Made by a program: the position numbers and the translations under genes. From a virus, in the IMG/VR virus record IMGVR_UViG_3300042691_048368, positions 30,998 to 94,997 of that record: a stretch of 64,000 bases of DNA; one strand, 5' to 3'. Positions 58,466-64,000 of the stretch are shown piece by piece (within the stretch, counting starts at the first letter, position 1; each line of letters begins with the position of its first letter). The notes under the pieces were generated by a model. It searched no databases and was not told the DNA's origin. It saw nothing but the letters and a program-made list of their open reading frames with translations.

Positions 58466-60580
58466 ATGAAACCAATCCTAATTGTTGAAAACAATACGAA
58501 TCCATTGAAGGAGAATGTTCAAGTTAGTGGTGGTAAAAAAGAATACGTTTTGGGAGGTATATTTACTGAATTCGGTGTTAAAAACCGTAATGAAAGAATA
58601 TACACTGCGGACAAATTCTTACCTTGCCTAAAAGAACTTAATGAACGAATCAATACTATGGGTGTAGTTTATGGTGAATTCGACCATCCTGATGTGTTTG
58701 ATACATCTCTTTCTAGAGCGTCACACATAATCAAAAAAACGAATTTTATAAAAGAATCCAATAGAGTAGAAGGTGAAATAAAACTTCTAAACACTTATTG
58801 GGGAAAAGAAGCTAAATCACTGGTTGATGATAATTGTCCAGTATTTGTTTCTTCGAGGGCTGCTGGTGTTACAGAAGCTGATGGGACTGTAACTCTAAAG
58901 AAACTTTTCACCTATGATATCGTAGCTGATCCTGGTTTTGCATCAGCTAGAATGAGCTCTATAAATGAGTCACTTAATTTTTCAAATAAAGCTAACTTTA
59001 GGATATATGAAATGTCCGATGAGTCAAAAATAAACGATATATTCACTATGAACAAGAATGAATACGTTACCAAGCAACAATTGACTGATTACTCTAAGTA
59101 TCTTATCAATGAGATTTCATCTACTAAGAAACAAGTTCAGTCCGCTGTTAAAAGTGGTAATATCAATCCAAAGAAATTAGAGCAACTTTTAGAATATTAT
59201 GAGGAGCTCAATAAGACAAACACACAGATGGTTAAATATCTAGATTATTTAGCTGAGAAAGTACAGGTTGTTGTGAACGAAAACAGTAACCTAAGAACTA
59301 CTACAGAGAAGTTAATTTCACACAATGATTATTTAGCTGAAAACTTAGAAAAGGCTATCAACTATTCTGAGTACTTAGCTGAAAACTTAGATAAGAATAT
59401 CTCTTATTCTGAATATCTAGCTGAAAACCTAGACAAGAATATTGCTTACTCTGAGTACTTAGCTGAGAACTTAGATAAAAATATCTCTTACTCTGAATAC
59501 ATTGCTGAAAACCTTGATAGGAACATTGCATATTCAGAATATATCGCTGAAAACTTAGATAAAGGTATTTCTTATGCTGAGTATCTAGCTGAAAACTTAG
59601 ATAATTCAATTGCATACTCTGAATATTTAGCTGAGCATGTTGAAGGAAACATCGCTTATTCCGAATACATTGCTGAGCACTTAGATGATAACATCGCTTA
59701 TTCTGAATATATTGCTGAAAATTTAGATAAGACAGTTTCCTATGCTGGCATCATCGCTGAAAAACTCAATAGTGGTTCATTAAATGAATCAAAAAAATCT
59801 GCTAAAAATGTACCTACATTAGAAGAATTTGGTTTCGAAGAAAATCCTATGGAAGAAGAGGAAATGATGGCACATGAAGAAGAAATGATGGCTTCTGAAG
59901 AGTCTGAAGAAGAACTTCCCCACTTAACAGCATCCGAGGAAGAAATTAAATCACAAGCTTGGCCTACAAGTGAAGAAGAGGATACTTACTCTTGGGAAGC
60001 TGGTGAAGAAGAAGGTGATACTCATGAAGAAGGTGCTCATGAAGAAGAAACCTATGAAAAGAATTCTGATACAGAATTATCAAAACAAATCGATAAATTA
60101 ATTCAAGAGGCTAAAAAACGCAAAGTTTCTGAAACGTCTGAAATGCACTTCTTGAAGTTCTTGAACAAGCGTCAAGCAGATGATTTTTATAATCTGACAC
60201 TTGAGGAGCAAGAGCAAGTAAAACTTTATATAAATGAAAAAAGTTATTTCTCTCAAGCTGAAGTTCTAGGACTCATCCAAGAAGCATTATCAACGAAAAA
60301 TGAATCTCTAGAAGAGAGATTGATTAGATTGATGCCCGAAAACATTAAGCCAATCTGGTCCCAACTTAATGAATCTTCTAAGAAATCAATTATGTCTCAA
60401 GCAAGATTGTACCCTGATTTAACTACAGAGTCCAATATTGAACATTTTTGGAATACTAGAAGTCTTAAGAAAAAAGAATCTGGTACTAAGAAACTAGTTT
60501 CAGTTGATCCTGTCATACAAGAAGACAGACTAGCTGAGAACGAAGTTAAATCAATCTTAGAAAGATTCAAAAGCCTTTAA
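58466..60580 (+). CDS. Prohead protease (gp21-like) fused to scaffold/core domain
   Basis: GIF...NRNERIY, GEFDHP, VSSRAAG and DIVADPGF, followed by coiled coil, repeats and an acidic tract. Confidence 0.9.
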   Translation: MKPILIVENNTNPLKENVQVSGGKKEYVLGGIFTEFGVKNRNERIYTADKFLPCLKELNERINTMGVVYGEFDHPDVFDTSLSRASHIIKKTNFIKESNRVEGEIKLLNTYWGKEAKSLVDDNCPVFVSSRAAGVTEADGTVTLKKLFTYDIVADPGFASARMSSINESLNFSNKANFRIYEMSDESKINDIFTMNKNEYVTKQQLTDYSKYLINEISSTKKQVQSAVKSGNINPKKLEQLLEYYEELNKTNTQMVKYLDYLAEKVQVVVNENSNLRTTTEKLISHNDYLAENLEKAINYSEYLAENLDKNISYSEYLAENLDKNIAYSEYLAENLDKNISYSEYIAENLDRNIAYSEYIAENLDKGISYAEYLAENLDNSIAYSEYLAEHVEGNIAYSEYIAEHLDDNIAYSEYIAENLDKTVSYAGIIAEKLNSGSLNESKKSAKNVPTLEEFGFEENPMEEEEMMAHEEEMMASEESEEELPHLTASEEEIKSQAWPTSEEEDTYSWEAGEEEGDTHEEGAHEEETYEKNSDTELSKQIDKLIQEAKKRKVSETSEMHFLKFLNKRQADDFYNLTLEEQEQVKLYINEKSYFSQAEVLGLIQEALSTKNESLEERLIRLMPENIKPIWSQLNESSKKSIMSQARLYPDLTTESNIEHFWNTRSLKKKESGTKKLVSVDPVIQEDRLAENEVKSILERFKSL
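59321..59770 (+). repeat. 42-bp (14-aa) tandem repeat, about 11 copies
   Basis: Unit YSEY[LI]AENLDKNI[SA]. Confidence 0.9.
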
Positions 60581-60623
60581 TCTATAAAAAGTCCAGTCTA
60601 GAAAATTAATAGTTTTTTAAGGA

Positions 60624-60631
60624 AAATATAT
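60624..60631 (+). promoter_or_regulatory. AATATATA late-promoter candidate for the major capsid gene
   Basis: The same motif precedes the portal (55737), protease (58431), baseplate (17177) and many other late genes. Confidence 0.6.
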
Positions 60632-60658
60632 AGATAACAAAAAAAAATAAAAAAAAAT

Positions 60659-62422
60659 ATGTCACACATTAGAATTGACAAACAGAAGGCTCTTAAAAAA
60701 TGGGCTCCTGTTTTAGAAAACATGGGTGTTGCGGGCGAAGATAGACTTGATTGGATGTCAGAATATGCTGAGTTTCACTCAATCAATGAGAATGCATATG
60801 TTAATGCTACTCTTGCTGGTATGGGCGCAGTTCAATCCCCTCAACCATCTCTTTATCCTGGTTACAACCAAGGAACAGTTACAAACAACACTTGGAACAC
60901 ATCCACTGGTAACTTCGGTTCCGGAGATTTAGGTCAGAACCTACTTCCAGTTGCTATGAAGATCGCTGCTCAGACTATCGGTCTTGATTTAGTTGCTGTA
61001 AAACCTTCCCCAGGTCCAAAATTAGATCTACTTTATATTGATTTTCAATATGATGATTTAGCTAGTGCTGGTACAACTGGTCGTCCACAAGTATTCAAAA
61101 TCACTGCTATCAATTCTGGTACTACTTTGGATAACGTAAAAGCTTATCTCAGAAACGAAATGGCTGCTGAAGGTATCAGATTAACTTCTGATGGTCTTCA
61201 GAATGGTAGAATCTTCTTAACACTAGCTACTGGTTCTTCTGCTACAACTTACTGGCAGACAGGTGCTGGTGTTCTTCAGCAGACTCCTCCTACTACAGTT
61301 TTTGGTGGTGCTGCTGAATTCTTAGGTTTCTCTCGTATCGACGGAAATCCAATTTTCAGAACTTACAGACAGGCTAACTCTGAAAGAGTATCTAACCCAT
61401 CTTACCCTTATACATTCGATGGTTCTCAGAATACTTTCGTAAGTGCGACTCAGTCTATGGTTGAATTTATCAAATCCATTGGTACTGCATCTGTAGTTAG
61501 CCCAACTATCGAAATGGTATCTGCTTTGGAAGATCACCTTCCTGGTTTCTCTGCAAACTGGACTGGTGGACCTGCTGCTACTGATGCTTCTGGTGCTTAT
61601 CCAATGGACAGATTATCTGATGATAATTCATACGCTGGTGTTATCGGACCTAAAGTTTCTTCAAAGTCAATCGCAGTTGGTACTATCGAAGTATCTTCAG
61701 CTCTTAGAAGAACTGAAATCGAAGATATCAAAGCTAATACTGGTATGGATATCGTTCAGAAAATGGAATCTATCCTTGTTAACGAACTTTCTCAGACTAT
61801 CTCTAAGCAGATTGTTTCTAAGATTTTCGAAATGGGTGCTCTTAACAGATCTAGCTCAGCTCCATTAAAAGGTACATTCACTGCTGTAAACGGTACTGCA
61901 TCAACTATCTTTGACTTAGATACTACATATGCTGGTTCTGCTGTTTCTGGTGAAACTACTCACGCTGTACAAAGAAAGCTTATCACTAAGATGGTACACG
62001 CTTCTAACTTCATCGCAACAGAAGGTCGTGTCGGACCTGCTCAGTTCGCCGTAACAAACGGAGGTTTAGCTGCAGCTCTTATGGATATTGCTGGTTACAC
62101 TATCAACCCAACTAAATCTAAGATCAATGGTTCTGGTCAACTTTACCCAGTTGGTCAAATCGGAGACATCCAAGTTTATGTTGATCCATACATGAAGTAC
62201 AACGATAACAGAATTGTTCTTGGTAGAAAGAATAACCCAGATCAGCCTGGTATCATTTTCGTACCTTACTTAATGGCTCAGTCAATCAGCCTTATCTCTG
62301 AAGCAACTTTTGCTCCAAGATTATTACTCCGTTCTAGATACGCAGTAGCTGAAGTTGGTTGGTATCCACAGAAGCAGTTTATGCAAATCGGTGTTTACGA
62401 TCCTGAGAACTTACTTAACTAA
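60659..62422 (+). CDS. Major capsid protein (gp23-like)
   Basis: KKWAPVLE, DLVAVKP, NELSQTISK, VYVDPY, FVPY and FAPR...SRYA. Codon usage typical of high expression. Confidence 0.95.
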   Translation: MSHIRIDKQKALKKWAPVLENMGVAGEDRLDWMSEYAEFHSINENAYVNATLAGMGAVQSPQPSLYPGYNQGTVTNNTWNTSTGNFGSGDLGQNLLPVAMKIAAQTIGLDLVAVKPSPGPKLDLLYIDFQYDDLASAGTTGRPQVFKITAINSGTTLDNVKAYLRNEMAAEGIRLTSDGLQNGRIFLTLATGSSATTYWQTGAGVLQQTPPTTVFGGAAEFLGFSRIDGNPIFRTYRQANSERVSNPSYPYTFDGSQNTFVSATQSMVEFIKSIGTASVVSPTIEMVSALEDHLPGFSANWTGGPAATDASGAYPMDRLSDDNSYAGVIGPKVSSKSIAVGTIEVSSALRRTEIEDIKANTGMDIVQKMESILVNELSQTISKQIVSKIFEMGALNRSSSAPLKGTFTAVNGTASTIFDLDTTYAGSAVSGETTHAVQRKLITKMVHASNFIATEGRVGPAQFAVTNGGLAAALMDIAGYTINPTKSKINGSGQLYPVGQIGDIQVYVDPYMKYNDNRIVLGRKNNPDQPGIIFVPYLMAQSISLISEATFAPRLLLRSRYAVAEVGWYPQKQFMQIGVYDPENLLN

Positions 62423-62435
62423 TCTTAAGTATACG

Positions 62436-62468
62436 AAAAAAACCTCCCCTATGGGAGGTTTTTTTTTT
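62436..62468 (+). terminator. Intrinsic terminator after the capsid gene
   Basis: CCTCCC-CTAT-GGGAGG followed by T10. Confidence 0.9.
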
Positions 62469-62493
62469 CATATATAAATAAAAAAATCTTATT

Positions 62494-62688
62494 ATGCAAA
62501 GGGATGACCAAGAAATGATCAGGGGTAATGCTAAGTTATCCAAAGAAGACGAAAATGTTTTGAGAGAAAAGTTTGTATTAGACTATTGTAGGAAGAAAGG
62601 TTGGGATAAAGAAAATTTATCACCAACACAGATGTTAGAAATGGTACAAGAAAGTGGTTATAAGAATCCTGGTATGATTCTATCATAA
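62494..62688 (+). CDS. Hypothetical protein
   Basis: 64-aa ORF after an ATATATA motif. Confidence 0.55.
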   Translation: MQRDDQEMIRGNAKLSKEDENVLREKFVLDYCRKKGWDKENLSPTQMLEMVQESGYKNPGMILS

Positions 62689-62733
62689 GAAACTTATCTC
62701 GATAGGGGAATATAATAATAAAAAAAATATTAG

Positions 62734-63477
62734 ATGGTCAATTTATATAAACCAAAATTTACCTATATCATCCCCTTTCGATATAAAAATGACAGAATTA
62801 TACCACTCAGGAGAGTCATAGAATGGTTATCAGGATTTCAAGCAATAGAGATAATTGTTGTTGAGCAAGACAACCATTCCAAAATTTCAAATTTAAATCT
62901 TAAAGCTGTTCACATTTTCACTGAAAGTGAAGCTCCATTCAACAAAAGTTGGGCTTACAATGTAGGTCTGAAAGTCGCTAGTTCGAATATAATTGTTTTC
63001 GGTGATGCCGATTTCATAATGAACCCAAATGACCTTATAGAATCACTCAAAACTTTAGAACACCATGATTGTGTATTACCAACGTCTAAGGTAATAAAAT
63101 TAGATCCTCAACAATCAAGTATGGATTTTGGAAATATATTTCAAATCAGCAATTCACAAACCAAAATGTCAATGACTGATGGAATTTCACTATACAAAAA
63201 GGAATGTATCTTAAAAATTGGAGGTTGGAATGAAGACTTCCTTGGCCTGGGTTTCTCAAACAAATTTCAAGATCTAAAAATAAAGAGAATGGTGAATTAC
63301 AAACAGATGGACTTCCTAGGATATCACATGTATCATAATAGTGAAAAGATGGATTTTTCTTTATTCCAAAGGAATCAACAAATTATTGATCATTATACTA
63401 AGCCGGAATCTGACCTATTTGGTCATGTAAACGTAACAATACCAAAAATAGGTTATAAAAATAAATTTCAATTTTAA
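62734..63477 (+). CDS. GT-A glycosyltransferase (GT2 / GT7-C-like)
   Basis: IIPFR, VVEQD, FNKSWAYNVG, DAD, GGWNEDF.G.G and YH.YH. Confidence 0.85.
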   Translation: MVNLYKPKFTYIIPFRYKNDRIIPLRRVIEWLSGFQAIEIIVVEQDNHSKISNLNLKAVHIFTESEAPFNKSWAYNVGLKVASSNIIVFGDADFIMNPNDLIESLKTLEHHDCVLPTSKVIKLDPQQSSMDFGNIFQISNSQTKMSMTDGISLYKKECILKIGGWNEDFLGLGFSNKFQDLKIKRMVNYKQMDFLGYHMYHNSEKMDFSLFQRNQQIIDHYTKPESDLFGHVNVTIPKIGYKNKFQF

Positions 63478-64000
63478 TTGTATTCGAATCTTAGCTTATT
63501 ATACTTTATAAGTAATTTGTAAAGAGATTCATATTCAAGATCCAAATTAGATATTTGTTTTTTCTTCCAAGTATTCTCATTTAAATACTCAACAATCATA
63601 CCTTCTTTCAACTCTGACTTCAATTTTGGAAAATAATACATCTTCTCCTCGATGAACGAAAACGACAACCCATCGTAGAGATATGTTTTATTTTCCAAGT
63701 CAGAATCATACAAGATTACACCCAATGGTTTTTCTGAACCATCGGATAAAATCTTAGTTGCCTTTGGGGTTTTATTATATTTTATTATTATTGAATCTTG
63801 ATGAAATATTTCAAGTAGATATAGACCATCCATTCTTACCGAATCATTGTCATCTTTATTCGGAAATGCTAATATAGATCTTTCATTTAATCCTTTGTAG
63901 TGTCCTAAGACTTCCAAGATAGTGTAATCCTTTGAGTATAAAATACTACAAGCTTTTTCGAAATTAGATTTATTTTCTGAATTTGATAGTGAATCATTTT
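63474..64000 (-). CDS. Hypothetical protein, 5'-truncated by the window end
   Basis: Frame stays open from 63917 to the window edge. Confidence 0.55.
   Translation of the reverse strand, partial: NDSLSNSENKSNFEKACSILYSKDYTILEVLGHYKGLNERSILAFPNKDDNDSVRMDGLYLLEIFHQDSIIIKYNKTPKATKILSDGSEKPLGVILYDSDLENKTYLYDGLSFSFIEEKMYYFPKLKSELKEGMIVEYLNENTWKKKQISNLDLEYESLYKLLIKYNKLRFEYN

Noticed and set aside
59321-59770. Possible CRISPR array or DGR repeat (42-nt period)
   Set aside because: In-frame protein repeat with mostly synonymous variation. No spacers, no adenine-specific pattern and no reverse transcriptase in the window.
1-64000. Stop-codon reassignment as in some huge or crAss-like phages
   Set aside because: Core genes are full length in code 11, TAA/TAG/TGA all terminate genes, and there is no suppressor tRNA here.

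Overview
This window is a 64-kb, AT-rich segment of a T4-like contractile-tailed jumbo/huge bacteriophage in standard genetic code. The host is most likely a Bacteroidota species, inferred from Bacteroidota-type lipoprotein and O-glycosylation motifs, a TAnnTTTG promoter and a host-like LpxH/glycosyltransferase gene pair. It covers most of the morphogenesis genes: major capsid, a fused prohead protease-scaffold, portal, divergent small and large terminase, gp2/gp4/gp15/gp25/gp26/gp51-like genes, tail sheath, tube, tape measure, a 2625-aa baseplate protein and a fibre/spike cluster. It also carries recombination and replication genes (UvsY-like, gp47, gp44 clamp loader), a gp55-like late sigma factor, ClpS, glycosyltransferases, a free-standing endonuclease and two tRNA-Ile genes. 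Patterns that gene labels do not explain: (1) a shared N-terminal peptide, roughly M-x-H/Y-[LI]-x-x-F-[ED]-x-F...E, on about 8-10 unrelated proteins, resembling the T4 capsid-targeting sequence; (2) strong enrichment of T-x-S, especially TQS, in outer virion proteins, a candidate glycosylation sequon; (3) a palindromic WATATATA late-promoter motif, often only 3-6 nt from the ATG and shared by divergent genes; (4) a late sigma gene that appears to need an ATT start behind a uORF and hairpin; (5) tandem tRNA-Ile(UAU) and tRNA-Ile2(CAU); (6) a candidate structured RNA at about 4170-4233. All family assignments are by-eye motif recognition; no searches were run.
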